64,000 nt of DNA from Cyclobacteriaceae bacterium (GCA_019638255.1 JAHBUD010000002.1:164092-228091), one strand, 5' to 3'. Numbered from the stretch's first letter, positions 43,950 through 54,740 are shown. Notes: generated by a model from the letters alone, not told the origin. Translations and numbers: made by a program.

Positions 43950-44912
43950 TTATTCCACCGTTACCGGGCGGCTAATAATAGATTTTGCTGTTGCTTCCAG
44001 AATTTCAAAAGCATTTTCAGCCATTTGATTCTGGCTGTCGAGTGTTGGGTTTACCTCTACAATTTCCCAGGCTACCAATTTCGGACTCTTGGCTAACTCA
44101 ACATTCAAGGTCTTGGCTTCGTCTACCGTTAACCCATTGGGCACAGGTGTTCCGGTGCCACTGGAAATACGGCTATCCAAACTATCCACATCAAACGAAA
44201 CATAGATTTGATCACAGTGGTCCAGCATCTGCAACGCCTTCGTTGCAATAACGGAAGCACCGAATTTTTTCACTTCTTCTGTTTCGATGAAGTTGATGTT
44301 GTGTTTATTGATCAGGTAGTTTTCGGGTTTCTCCAAATCGCGCACCGCGATATAGACGATGTCTTCCGGATAGATTTTTGCGCCCGGCATACCCACATTT
44401 TTTATCTGTTCCCAGTACTCCAGTGTTTCACCCCGCGGATCATTAACCTTGCATTCCAGGTTATCGAGCCCACAAGCCATGGCCAAGGGCATACCGTGCA
44501 TATTTCCAGATGGTGTTGTAAAAGGTGTATGTATATCCGCATGTGCGTCAATCCAGATTACCCCCAGGCGCGCACCGGGATTAGACTTTTTAATTCCGGC
44601 TATGGTGCCATAGGCCGTGCTGTGATCACCGGCCAGAATCAACGGAAAGAAATCATCCCAAATGGTTTCATAAACCTCCAAGCAAACCCGCTCTTCCATA
44701 ATCATTACGCCATCAATAAACTTGGCATAAGCGTGCTTGGCGCCATCGAATAATAGCTCGTTTACATGCTCAACTTCGATGGATTCGTGCTGTTTGAAAA
44801 AATCGGACTTCAGGTCAAGGCTGGCAATTTTCAATGCCTCAACCCCTAAGCTGGCCCCGCGGGTACCCGCCCCAATCTCTGACTTAACTTCTATGATCTT
44901 AATAGACTTCAC
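43950..44912 (-). CDS. Arginase-family (ureohydrolase) Mn enzyme
   Basis: 320 aa with LAGDHSTAYG, WIDAHADIHT, SGNMHGMPLA and SFDVDSLD motifs. The arginase versus agmatinase specificity is not resolved. Confidence 0.8.
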   Translation of the reverse strand: MKSIKIIEVKSEIGAGTRGASLGVEALKIASLDLKSDFFKQHESIEVEHVNELLFDGAKHAYAKFIDGVMIMEERVCLEVYETIWDDFFPLILAGDHSTAYGTIAGIKKSNPGARLGVIWIDAHADIHTPFTTPSGNMHGMPLAMACGLDNLECKVNDPRGETLEYWEQIKNVGMPGAKIYPEDIVYIAVRDLEKPENYLINKHNINFIETEEVKKFGASVIATKALQMLDHCDQIYVSFDVDSLDSRISSGTGTPVPNGLTVDEAKTLNVELAKSPKLVAWEIVEVNPTLDSQNQMAENAFEILEATAKSIISRPVTVE

Positions 44913-45217
44913 AACAAACAGGAATTAAATAAATCGTTAATAAACAAAACCGAAAAATGCCCGAAAGAATAATAACCGCCCAAACTTAGAAGTCGGGCAA
45001 GGCACGTAACCCGATGTAAATCAGGTCGAAGAGGGCATTGGATTGGCGATTTATCATGATGTTAATGCATTGCAAAGATGGCAAATTTATGGCAATATTG
45101 CACTCCTTTTATGGATTGGATAAGCGTTGGTTGGCTGATATGATGATCAACAAACTCCATACAAAAAGACCAGGTTATTTACTTGATTTACGCTAATACT
45201 GAATCACTGAATCAGAA

Positions 45218-46615
45218 ATGAAAAGCTACCGCGAACTGATTGAACAAACCTTCGAATTCCCCCAAAAAGAGTTTAAGGTACGCGACCACGAATTATTATT
45301 CAACGATGTACCGCTGATGGAAATCATCAAGCAGTATGGCACTCCGCTTAAGCTCACCTACCTGCCACGCATCAGCGAAAATATCCGGTATGCCAAAGCC
45401 ACTTTCCAGGCGGCTATGGAAAAATTTAAGTACAACGGCACTTATACCTATTGTTATTGTACCAAATCTTCGCACTTCTCCTTTGTACTGGAAGAAGCGC
45501 TGAAAAACGATGTACACATTGAAACATCTTCATCGTTCGACATCCCAATCGTGAGAAGTTTGTTCGACCGGGGAAGGATCAGTAAAGACACCTACATCAT
45601 TTGCAACGGTTTTAAAATGCCACTATACCGGCAGTACATTACTGAACTCCTGAATGATGGTTTCAGCAATTGCATTCCGATACTGGATAACCTGAGTGAA
45701 ATAGATTACTATGAAGCCAAAGCCAATGGGCCCTACAGGGTTGGTATAAGGGTAGCTGCCGATGAAGAACCTAAATTTGAATTCTATACATCACGTTTAG
45801 GCATACGGTATAGCGACATCAATGGGTTTTATAGAGATAAAATTGAAAAGAGTGAAAAGGCATCTTTAAAAATGCTTCACTTCTTTATCAACACAGGCAT
45901 AAAAGACACAGCCTACTATTGGAGTGAATTGAGCCGCTTCATTTTCAAATATTGCGAGCTTAAAAAGATTTGTCCTTCGCTTGACTCAATTGATATTGGC
46001 GGTGGCTTCCCGATTAAACAATCCCTCACGTTCCACTACGATTACAAATACATGATCGAGCAAATTGTGGAAAACATCAAATGGATTTGCGATAAGAATA
46101 ATGTACCGGTGCCCAACATCTTTACCGAGTTTGGAAGCTTTACCGTGGGCGAAAGCGGAGCGGTGTTGTATAGCCTGGTGGATCAAAAACTACAAAACGA
46201 TAAAGAGTTGTGGTATATGATTGATGGTTCATTCATTACGCATCTGCCCGATGCCTGGGGTATGAATCAAAAGTATATTTTGCTTGCCCTGAATAAATGG
46301 GATGATCCTTTTCACAAAGTGAATATTGGGGGCCTTACCTGCGATAGCCATGATTATTACAATTCCGAAGCGCACACAGGAGAAGTTTTCTTACCGATGA
46401 TCAACGATGAAGAACCGTTGTTCATTGGTTTCTTCCATACGGGTGCTTATCAGGAATCGTTAGGTGGTTATGGCGGTATTCAGCATTGTTTGATACCGGC
46501 ACCGAAGCATGTGTTGATTGACCGGAATGAGGACGGTGAAATTTCAACCCGGTTATTTTCACCGGAACAAACCCAGGAGAGCATGCTCAAGGTATTGGGC
46601 TACCCAGCTTCATAG
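45218..46615 (+). CDS. PLP-dependent (fold type III) arginine decarboxylase-like enzyme
   Basis: 465 aa with an Orn/DAP/Arg decarboxylase-like pattern (YCTKS, IDIGGGFP, GAYQESLGG). Confidence 0.75.
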   Translation: MKSYRELIEQTFEFPQKEFKVRDHELLFNDVPLMEIIKQYGTPLKLTYLPRISENIRYAKATFQAAMEKFKYNGTYTYCYCTKSSHFSFVLEEALKNDVHIETSSSFDIPIVRSLFDRGRISKDTYIICNGFKMPLYRQYITELLNDGFSNCIPILDNLSEIDYYEAKANGPYRVGIRVAADEEPKFEFYTSRLGIRYSDINGFYRDKIEKSEKASLKMLHFFINTGIKDTAYYWSELSRFIFKYCELKKICPSLDSIDIGGGFPIKQSLTFHYDYKYMIEQIVENIKWICDKNNVPVPNIFTEFGSFTVGESGAVLYSLVDQKLQNDKELWYMIDGSFITHLPDAWGMNQKYILLALNKWDDPFHKVNIGGLTCDSHDYYNSEAHTGEVFLPMINDEEPLFIGFFHTGAYQESLGGYGGIQHCLIPAPKHVLIDRNEDGEISTRLFSPEQTQESMLKVLGYPAS

Positions 46616-46633
46616 CTACAATTGATACTATGT

Positions 46634-46667
46634 AAAAAGGCCCCCGACTATTCGGAGGCCTTTTTTT
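46634..46667. terminator. Bidirectional intrinsic terminator
   Basis: AAAAAGGCCCCCGA-ctat-TCGGAGGCCTTTTTTT between convergent genes. Confidence 0.7.
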
Positions 46668-46690
46668 ATTAGACTAGCTGGTGAAAAAAA

Positions 46691-48064
46691 CTAGAAGGAA
46701 ATGGCACCTTGAATAACAAAGCCCTTGAAGTTACCTTGATAGAAACGGTTGTTTGCACCGGCATCCGGGAAACCATCATAATTCTGATTTACATACTCAC
46801 CTTTGAGCAACACATTCTTTGTTACGAACCATCCACCACCAATGGATAGCCGATCAATAGTTACATCATATTGTGTACCTGCACTGGCTGCTGTAACACC
46901 ATCAGCCACTGTTGCATTTAAAGTGATGTAACGGCCTCCAAAATAAAACTTCTCATTCTTGCCAAACCGATAAAGGGCTTCAGCGGCAAACTGGTCAGCT
47001 TTGCGATCGTCTATTGCTGGACGAGCAGGGTTGGTTCCCTCTCCATTTTCAAATTGATTTGCTCCTTTTGCAAATTCAAGGGTACCGAATACTTCAAGTC
47101 CACTGAATTTTACAAAGGGGTTAACCATAAAGGTTGTAACGTTATCGCGGAAGCCGGGGTTAAATCGGCCAGAAGTATAGTTACCGGTAACGGTCACAGG
47201 AGCGTTATCCATTACAAACTGGTAATTTGATCCGGTTCTGTCACCTCCAAAAATGGTGTTGCTCGCAGAAGATGCGGTGGTATAAAATGAGCCGGTTAAA
47301 CGAACACGGAGATTATCTTGCAGTTGTTTATCAAAACCTACTTTACCATAAATTGCTGGTTTGCGCTTTGCACCTTCGGGCTGTGAAGGGGCAGAAACGT
47401 TACCTTGAATTTCGCCATCGGTCATGGCAATCATCGTGATGATACCATTTTTTTGCCAGTACAACTCAGCACCGATTTCAGTAGTAAAAGCATCCATGAT
47501 GTTATTTTCTATCCATGGGTTTTGTAAAGTATGACCACCATCGCTCCTGCGGAAGTGTGCATCACCGTAGTTAATCTCCATGTGCCCTACTCTCAAGGTT
47601 AAATTTTTCCACAGGTTATCCATAAATTCGCTGTTGAGGAAGGTAACTTTATCTACTTGCAGATAACCACCCTTTACCCAAAATTCATTATGGTGATGTG
47701 AAGCCATGTAGGACACCAGATTTAACCGTACACCATCGTACAACTGCACATCAATATTCAGGTTGGCTTGAGCCAGCGGAAAACCTCCACCCATTTCATA
47801 TAGGTTGGCAGCCGGAATAGATGAGGCGGTTAATCCATTACTATGCTTTAGGTTTTGATAACCTTGTGTAAAGCCTGCACCAATTCGCAGCTTAAAACCA
47901 TCATAACCAACGGTATCTTCTTTAGTTGTTTCGAAAACATTAATACCGGTTTTATCATACGGACGGAAGTATTGAATGGCCGGTTGTTGGGCCATAACAC
48001 TCAAGCTAAAAACCATCAGCATTACAATGCTTAACAGTTTTATTTTAGTGACATTAGTTTTCAT
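46691..48064 (-). CDS. Outer-membrane porin-like beta-barrel protein
   Basis: 457 aa with a signal peptide, an alternating beta-strand pattern and a C-terminal ...GAISF aromatic terminus. Confidence 0.6.
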   Translation of the reverse strand: MKTNVTKIKLLSIVMLMVFSLSVMAQQPAIQYFRPYDKTGINVFETTKEDTVGYDGFKLRIGAGFTQGYQNLKHSNGLTASSIPAANLYEMGGGFPLAQANLNIDVQLYDGVRLNLVSYMASHHHNEFWVKGGYLQVDKVTFLNSEFMDNLWKNLTLRVGHMEINYGDAHFRRSDGGHTLQNPWIENNIMDAFTTEIGAELYWQKNGIITMIAMTDGEIQGNVSAPSQPEGAKRKPAIYGKVGFDKQLQDNLRVRLTGSFYTTASSASNTIFGGDRTGSNYQFVMDNAPVTVTGNYTSGRFNPGFRDNVTTFMVNPFVKFSGLEVFGTLEFAKGANQFENGEGTNPARPAIDDRKADQFAAEALYRFGKNEKFYFGGRYITLNATVADGVTAASAGTQYDVTIDRLSIGGGWFVTKNVLLKGEYVNQNYDGFPDAGANNRFYQGNFKGFVIQGAISF

Positions 48065-48112
48065 ATGTGTTTGTGTTAAAGGTTTGTTTTTAAAATTTAT
48101 TTTGATTTGAAA

Positions 48113-48691
48113 TTATTTAGCAGGTGTAAGGGTAATGTCGAATTTTACGGTTACTTCTTCGCCAACTTTTATAGTTCCCATCATGGCGGTTGGGGGCACC
48201 ATGTTCCAATCCTTCATATTAAGTGTATGCGATCCGGTAATCTGCACATCACCATTGGCAAGTACTTTGGCTTTGGCGCTCAGTTCTATCGGTTTCGTGG
48301 TTCCGGCCATGCTCAAATTACCGGTTGCCACTACGGTAAATTCACCACTACCTGAAATTTTTGCTGCGCCAAGCTTGTATTGAATAGTGGGATTCTTCTC
48401 AGAATTAAAGGCCTCATAAGTTTTGTTGTCCATGGTTTTGCCTTTAGTACTTTTTATGCCGGTTACTGGCATTTTCACCACTACATCCTTTATGGTGGTT
48501 AGTTGGTTACCGTCAAGGGTTAGTGCTCCACTGCCCTCTACCTGAGTAACCTCCGATTCCCATTCGTGGAGGGTGGAGCTACCCGTTACTGACATTTTAA
48601 TGGTTTTACTCTTGTAGGCTACCTGAGCATTACCAAAGTATGGTAGAAACAATAATGCCAGTAGAATGAGTTTTAGCGGCTTGATTTTCAT
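48113..48691 (-). CDS. YceI-family periplasmic polyisoprenoid-binding protein
   Basis: 192 aa with a signal peptide and a YceI-like pattern (S.I.F...ST.H.W.G...). Confidence 0.7.
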   Translation of the reverse strand: MKIKPLKLILLALLFLPYFGNAQVAYKSKTIKMSVTGSSTLHEWESEVTQVEGSGALTLDGNQLTTIKDVVVKMPVTGIKSTKGKTMDNKTYEAFNSEKNPTIQYKLGAAKISGSGEFTVVATGNLSMAGTTKPIELSAKAKVLANGDVQITGSHTLNMKDWNMVPPTAMMGTIKVGEEVTVKFDITLTPAK

Positions 48692-49029
48692 CTGGTTTTG
48701 TTTGTTGGTTCTGTTTTCAAGGGTAAAAGTATTGCGGGTAAAAAATTAAATTATTGATTCACGTCACAACTCTAGGTGACTTTAATCAGTCTGAATGATG
48801 GAATGGTTGTGCTTAAAATCAAAGAGAATTAAGTGGATTTAACCCTTGTTAGCAAGCATATCGTGAAACATTCACCTAGCACATGGTTGGTCACAACGGA
48901 AAAAATTTAGAAGCCAAACTATGAAATGTGCCCATCAACCTATTTAACATGCATATTCATTGATACTATAGATTTTTTTATCAACTTAGTCCTGCTACTT
49001 TCAGAGTCCTATTTCAAACCGTGCTCGTC

Positions 49030-50181
49030 ATGAATCAGAAGTTACTTTTTATCTCAGCCTTGGGGGTATTGTTATTAAACCAGCGGTGCTCATCTCCTGA
49101 ATCACAACCAACGCAGCTGCAACAGCTTAGTGTTGTTAAGGTGTTGCAACAGGATGTTCCGTTGGAAAAGGATTTCGTTGGTCAGGTTTATGGACAAAGT
49201 GATATTACCATCAGGGCAAGAGTAGATGGTTTTTTGCAAGGCATACATTTTCAAGAAGGCACTATTGTGCAAAAAAACCAATTACTATATACCATCGATG
49301 AGGTTCCTTATCGTGTCGAGGTTGCCCGAATGGAAAGCCAGCTGAGTGAAGCACGCGTGCGGGCGGTAAATGCCGGCAACGAACTGGAACGACTTCGCCC
49401 GCTGGTTGCCACCAGTGCCATCAGCGTTAGTGACTATGATGCTGCCGTTGCCAGCAAGGGTTCTGCTGACGAGATGGTGAAAGCAGCACGGTCTGCCGTG
49501 GAACTTTCCAAAATCAACCTGGGCTATTGCAGGATTACCTCACCGATAACCGGGCTGATCGGCAAAAGCGAGGCGAAAGTAGGTGAATATGTAGGCAGGT
49601 TTCCAAATCCTGTAATTCTTAATACAGTGTCATCCACTGACAGTATTGTTGTAGATTTTTTTCTGAACGAACGTGATTACTTTCAACTTTCACAGTCATA
49701 CAGAAACATGACTCCCGAAGAAAGGAGAAACTCAAAAAGTACCAGTCCGTTTTATTTGATACTCAGTGATGGTTCAATATTTCCGCATGCAGGCCGCTTC
49801 AATTTTATTGACCGTGGAATAAATCCGGGAACGGCATCCATTCTTTTACAAGCCATTTTTCCAAATCCCGATCGCGTCATCAGGCCGGGGCAGTTTGCAA
49901 GGGTTCGTGTAACCATGTCAACAGCCAGCAATGCATTGCTTATCCCCCAGCGCTGCACCATAGAGGTGCAAGGTGAGTTCTTTGTTTTTGTGGTGGATGA
50001 AAACGGAGTCATCAACAAGCAAAGCGTAGGTGTTCAAAGTCCCTTCCGTGATTATTATGTTATTCAATCAGGCATCAAAGCCGGTGACAAAATATTGATG
50101 GACGGATTACTGAGGGCTCAGTCGGGTATGCAGATAGATCCGCAAGTGGTAGAGTTTCAATCAAAAGCAAATCCTCAATAG
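49030..50181 (+). CDS. RND efflux periplasmic adaptor (membrane fusion protein)
   Basis: HlyD/AcrA-like barrel-sandwich and coiled-coil pattern. The ORF track starts at GTG 49021. The ATG at 49030 (MNQKLLF) is more likely. Confidence 0.85.
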   Translation: MNQKLLFISALGVLLLNQRCSSPESQPTQLQQLSVVKVLQQDVPLEKDFVGQVYGQSDITIRARVDGFLQGIHFQEGTIVQKNQLLYTIDEVPYRVEVARMESQLSEARVRAVNAGNELERLRPLVATSAISVSDYDAAVASKGSADEMVKAARSAVELSKINLGYCRITSPITGLIGKSEAKVGEYVGRFPNPVILNTVSSTDSIVVDFFLNERDYFQLSQSYRNMTPEERRNSKSTSPFYLILSDGSIFPHAGRFNFIDRGINPGTASILLQAIFPNPDRVIRPGQFARVRVTMSTASNALLIPQRCTIEVQGEFFVFVVDENGVINKQSVGVQSPFRDYYVIQSGIKAGDKILMDGLLRAQSGMQIDPQVVEFQSKANPQ

Positions 50182-50184
50182 GCC

Positions 50185-53100
50185 ATGAAGCATATCTTTT
50201 TTGTTCGCAGGCCTATCGTTGCCATTGTCATCGCTATATTCACTGTTATTGCCGGAGTTGTTTCGCTTGATACGCTTCCCATTGAGCAATATCCTGATAT
50301 TACCCCGCCCGTAGTGCAGGTACGCGCACGGTATACGGGTGCAAACTCTACTAACGTTGAGCAATCGGTTGCCACTCCGCTTGAGCAACAGATTAACGGA
50401 GTTGAAAACATGATTTATATGCAGAGCACCAACAGCAACGATGGCTCCATGCGCCTGCAGGTAACTTTTGATGTTGGTACCGATCCGGACATGAATACTG
50501 TTTTCACACAAAACCGTGTTGCTGCAGCTATCTCTCAATTGCCGGATGAAGTAAACCGTATGGGCGTGACAACGCAAAAAGCAATGCCCAACATTCTTAT
50601 GCTCCTTACGCTGACTTCGCCAAAGGAAACCTACGATATGAAGTTTCTGGGTAACTACGCCAACATTAATATTATAGACCAGTTGGCGCGGATACCGGGT
50701 GTAGGGAGAGCCTTGGTGGTGGGTGCCAGCGATTACTCCATGCGCATTTGGGTAAAGCCAGATAAACTGGCCAGCATGGGTATTACCATTCCCGAAATTA
50801 TGGGGGCCATCAGGGCACAAAACATCATCATACCTGGTGGACGGTTTGGCGCAGAGCCGGCACCTCCGGGAACTGAATTCACATACACCGTTCTGCTGCC
50901 GGAGCGACTGAACAGTGAGGAGTCGTTTGGAAAAATTGTTGTGCGTAACAATCCCGATGGCAGCCAGGTATTGATGCATGACATTGCCCGTGTGGAATTA
51001 GGCACTGAACGTTACACAAACATCACCCGGTCTAATGATAAAGAGAGTGCGGCAATATTTATTTATCAATCTCCAGGAAGCAATGCAGTAGTGGTTGCTG
51101 ATGAAATACTAGCCACCATGGAACGCCTAAAACAGAACTTCCCCGAAGATGTGCTATACTCCGTTGCACTTGATTCTACCATGCCCATCAGGCGAGGCAT
51201 CGAGGAAATTATTGAAACCCTGATCATCGCACTTTTACTGGTTATTTTGGTTGTGTTTGTTTTTATTCAGGACTGGCGAGCCACCGTTATCCCTACGATG
51301 GCCATCCCGGTTTCCTTGATTGGTACTTTCATTCTTTTCCCCGTGCTGGGATTTAGCATCAATACACTTTCGCTGCTCGGGTTGGTATTAGCCATAGGCA
51401 TTGTGGTAGATGATGCCATTGTAGTGGTTGAAGCGGTTCAAACCAAAATGGAAGGCGGCATGAATGCCAAGGATGCCACCACCGAAGCAATGAAAGAAGT
51501 AACTGCTCCTATCATCGCAACCAGTTTGGTGCTCGTAGCCGTATTTGTTCCGGTTATTGCCATACCCGGTATTACAGGAAGTTTGTATCAGGAGTTTGCC
51601 ATTACCATTGCTGTTTCGGTAATCATTTCCAGTATCAATGCGCTTAGCCTTAGTCCTGCGCTTTGCAGCCTCATGTTGCGAAGCAAGGAAGAAGGAAGTA
51701 TACAAAACTGGAGATTCTTTAAATGGTTCAACCGTGTTTTTGATAAAAGTACAACCGGTTACACAGGCTATACACATATCATAACCAGTAAAGTAAAAAG
51801 AGGTGTTGCTTTTATTGGGGTTACCCTTGTTGCAGCCTTGCTCATTGGCGCAAAGCTTCCCGGTGGTTTTATTCCTGAAGAAGATCAGGGTTACCTCTTT
51901 TTAGGCTTGCAATTACCCAACGCCAGCAGCCTTCAGCGCACGGACGAAGTTGCCAGACAAGTAGAGACTGTGCTAAAAAGTTTTCCGGAAATAGAAAAGG
52001 TAACGTGTGCGGTGGGTTATAACATGATAGCCGATGCCATGAGTACCAATGCAGCATTCATGTTCTTATCGTTAAAAGATTGGGATGAACGCGAAGGCGT
52101 AACAGCCGCACAATTAGCACGCAAAGTGAACATGGCATTGCGAAGCGTAACACAAGCACAGGTTTTTGCTTTTGGCCCGCCCGCTATACCGGGTTTAGGC
52201 ACAGGCTCCGGTTTCAGTATTATGATACAAGACCGTGTGGGCAGCAGCCCCTTGCATCTACAGGAGCAAACACGGGCATTCATACAGGCTGCTGTTCAGC
52301 GACCGGAAATAGGTCGTGCCAATACCCAGTTTCAGGCACAAGTACCTGAAAGACGAGTAGATATTGATGTAGACAAAGTGATGAAAGCAGGTGTTAACCT
52401 CAACGATATCTACCAAACATTCGGAGCATTTTTGGGCGGTGCTTATGTAAATGACTTCCCAAAATTCGGACGTATTTACAGAACCTTCATTCAGTCAGAA
52501 CCCGAATACAGATTGGATGAATCCGGGCTGGATTTATTTTTTGTTAAGAATAGAGATGGAGAAATGGTACCCATCAGTGCATTTGTAACCGTGAACAGGG
52601 CCAGCGGACCAGAGTACACCAACCGGTTCAACCTGTTCAGAAGCGCAGAAGTTACGGGCGTACCGGCAGCCGGTTACAGTTCCGCGCAAGCTTTAAAGGC
52701 TTTAGAGGAAGTTGCTGCAGAAGTGTTGAGCAACGACATGACCTACAGTTGGAACGCGATGAGCTTCCAGGAGAAAAAAGCCTCTGGCTCGGCCGGTGTT
52801 ATTTTCGCCATGTCACTGTTGTTTGTTTTCCTGATTCTTGCTGCCCAGTATGAAAGCTGGAGTCTTCCGTTGAGTATTCTGCTGGGCACACCCTTCGCTT
52901 TGTTTGGAGCATTTTTGTTTCTTATGCTGGCCCGCATTTTCAGCGAAAGCTTTGAGAACAATGTGTTTGCACAAATCAGTTTGGTTATGCTCATCGCCAT
53001 GGCAGCTAAAAACGCCATTCTTATTATCGAGTTTGCAAAATTAAAGTTTGATGAAGGCTTGTCATTATTTGATGCTTCAGTTGAGTCGGCTAAGCTTCGT

Positions 53101-53331
53101 TTTCGTCCGATTTTAATGACGGCCTTCTCATTTATTCTCGGCATTTTACCTTTAGTGCTCGCCAGCGGTGCAGGTGCAGAAGCTCGTAAAGTAATGGGGA
53201 TGACCTTACTGGGAGGAATGCTTATAGCCACCCTCCTTGGTGTTTTTATGTATCCCATGTTGTTTTACTTCATCGGCAAGTCCTTTGGTTATGAAAAGCA
53301 ACGCGATAACCTTAACGCCACGAAATCATGA
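50185..53331 (+). CDS. RND efflux permease (AcrB/HAE1-like)
   Basis: 1048 aa with 12 TM segments and two large loops, starting FFVRRPIVAIVIAIF. Confidence 0.92.
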   Translation: MKHIFFVRRPIVAIVIAIFTVIAGVVSLDTLPIEQYPDITPPVVQVRARYTGANSTNVEQSVATPLEQQINGVENMIYMQSTNSNDGSMRLQVTFDVGTDPDMNTVFTQNRVAAAISQLPDEVNRMGVTTQKAMPNILMLLTLTSPKETYDMKFLGNYANINIIDQLARIPGVGRALVVGASDYSMRIWVKPDKLASMGITIPEIMGAIRAQNIIIPGGRFGAEPAPPGTEFTYTVLLPERLNSEESFGKIVVRNNPDGSQVLMHDIARVELGTERYTNITRSNDKESAAIFIYQSPGSNAVVVADEILATMERLKQNFPEDVLYSVALDSTMPIRRGIEEIIETLIIALLLVILVVFVFIQDWRATVIPTMAIPVSLIGTFILFPVLGFSINTLSLLGLVLAIGIVVDDAIVVVEAVQTKMEGGMNAKDATTEAMKEVTAPIIATSLVLVAVFVPVIAIPGITGSLYQEFAITIAVSVIISSINALSLSPALCSLMLRSKEEGSIQNWRFFKWFNRVFDKSTTGYTGYTHIITSKVKRGVAFIGVTLVAALLIGAKLPGGFIPEEDQGYLFLGLQLPNASSLQRTDEVARQVETVLKSFPEIEKVTCAVGYNMIADAMSTNAAFMFLSLKDWDEREGVTAAQLARKVNMALRSVTQAQVFAFGPPAIPGLGTGSGFSIMIQDRVGSSPLHLQEQTRAFIQAAVQRPEIGRANTQFQAQVPERRVDIDVDKVMKAGVNLNDIYQTFGAFLGGAYVNDFPKFGRIYRTFIQSEPEYRLDESGLDLFFVKNRDGEMVPISAFVTVNRASGPEYTNRFNLFRSAEVTGVPAAGYSSAQALKALEEVAAEVLSNDMTYSWNAMSFQEKKASGSAGVIFAMSLLFVFLILAAQYESWSLPLSILLGTPFALFGAFLFLMLARIFSESFENNVFAQISLVMLIAMAAKNAILIIEFAKLKFDEGLSLFDASVESAKLRFRPILMTAFSFILGILPLVLASGAGAEARKVMGMTLLGGMLIATLLGVFMYPMLFYFIGKSFGYEKQRDNLNATKS

Positions 53332-54740
53332 TGAGCAGAAGACTGACCATTATTGCCCTGTTGGCATTATTGACCGTTGCCTGCAAAGTAGGAAAAAACT
53401 ACAGGGGCGCGACAATCGATGTACCGTTAGCGTTTAGCCAGCGTGAATTATCGCCCGGCATCGAAAAAATAAAAGTAGACACCATTGTTGTAAGTGATAC
53501 AATAGGCATTCAATGGTGGACTATCTACAACGATCCCATACTCGATAGCCTGATACAAAGAGCCCTGAATCATAACCGCAGCGCGCAGATTGCAGCAGAG
53601 AGTATTGTGCAGGCGCGAATTTCCCTGCAAATCCAAAAAGCAGATTTCGGCCCTCAACTAAACATTGGCGGTTCTGGGGAATACAGCACCTTGTTGATTA
53701 ATCAAATTATAGATGCAAACACCCTGTTTATTGGCCAAAGCTCAGCCTTTTGGGAAATTGATATTTGGGGAAGGTTGCAAAGACTTTCAGAGGCAGCGCG
53801 TAACGAATGGCTGGCAAGCGAAGCCGGTTATCGCGCCATGATGATGAGCCTCATCAGTGATGTAACCACTACGTACTTCTTGTTGCTTGAGACGCGTGAA
53901 AACCTGGCGATAGCTCAACGAAACCTGGCGCTTCGCGACAGTATGCTTGGTATTATTGAACAACGCTTTGCGCGAGGTATTGTTCCTAAAATTGATGTAA
54001 ACCAGGCACAGATACAATTGGCCATTGCTGCAACAGCAGTACCGCAAAACAGAAGAAGGGAAATACAACTGCAAAATACTTTGTGTGTGCTGATCGGATC
54101 AAATCCAACGCATATACCCACACCCATACCCTTGGCTGCGCAAAACAGTCAGCTGGGAATTGAAATTTACCAACCGCGCGAAATTGTTAAGCGCAGACCG
54201 GATATCGTAGCTGCAGAATATCAGTTAATTGCTCAAAATGCCCGGGTTGGCGCTGCGCAGGCAAATCGTCTACCCACGTTAAGTCTGTTCGGCAACATCG
54301 GTTTCGTGGGCAGCACGGCTCCCGATTTTAGCGTTCAGAATCCACTTTACCAGTTTGGTTTGCAATTGGGTGGGCCGCTTTTTTATTGGGGCAAGCTTAA
54401 AAGAGCTACCTGGATTGAAGAAAGCCGGAAGCTTCAGGCGCAATACGCTTACGAAAATGCCGTACTCTACGCTGTAAAAGAAATTGAAGATGTGCTGATT
54501 GAATTAAAAACACTGCAGGAAGAAATTGAAATTGCAGAATACCGAAGGGATGCCGCTTTAAATGCGCAGTTGCTTAGCGGCAGCCGTTATAGCCAAGGCG
54601 TTACCAGCTACCTGGAATACCTGGAATCGCAACGGCAGGCCTTTGATGCAGAACTAATCTTAACCCGCACGCGTCAGCAATTTTTGAGTGCCAAAATGCG
54701 CTTGTATAAAGTTTTGGGAGGTGGAAAGCTTATAAAATGA
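53328..54740 (+). CDS. RND efflux outer-membrane factor lipoprotein (NodT/TolC family)
   Basis: 470 aa with the lipobox LTVAC and a duplicated TolC-like repeat. It has an ATGA overlap with the permease gene. Confidence 0.88.
   Translation: MMSRRLTIIALLALLTVACKVGKNYRGATIDVPLAFSQRELSPGIEKIKVDTIVVSDTIGIQWWTIYNDPILDSLIQRALNHNRSAQIAAESIVQARISLQIQKADFGPQLNIGGSGEYSTLLINQIIDANTLFIGQSSAFWEIDIWGRLQRLSEAARNEWLASEAGYRAMMMSLISDVTTTYFLLLETRENLAIAQRNLALRDSMLGIIEQRFARGIVPKIDVNQAQIQLAIAATAVPQNRRREIQLQNTLCVLIGSNPTHIPTPIPLAAQNSQLGIEIYQPREIVKRRPDIVAAEYQLIAQNARVGAAQANRLPTLSLFGNIGFVGSTAPDFSVQNPLYQFGLQLGGPLFYWGKLKRATWIEESRKLQAQYAYENAVLYAVKEIEDVLIELKTLQEEIEIAEYRRDAALNAQLLSGSRYSQGVTSYLEYLESQRQAFDAELILTRTRQQFLSAKMRLYKVLGGGKLIK

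Noticed and set aside
44208-44753. 181-aa ORF on the plus strand
   Set aside because: It is antisense to the arginase-family gene, whose Mn-binding motifs are clear. It has no motif of its own.
48754-48767. TTGAT-TCAC-GTCAC upstream of the YceI gene as another regulon box
   Set aside because: Only the left half-site matches. The right half deviates at two of five positions, which is too weak to count without binding or conservation data.
50161-50979. 272-aa ORF on the minus strand
   Set aside because: It lies entirely antisense to the 5' part of the RND permease gene, which has unmistakable AcrB-like sequence. The translation is Cys/His/Arg/Asn-rich with no motif. It is a shadow ORF.
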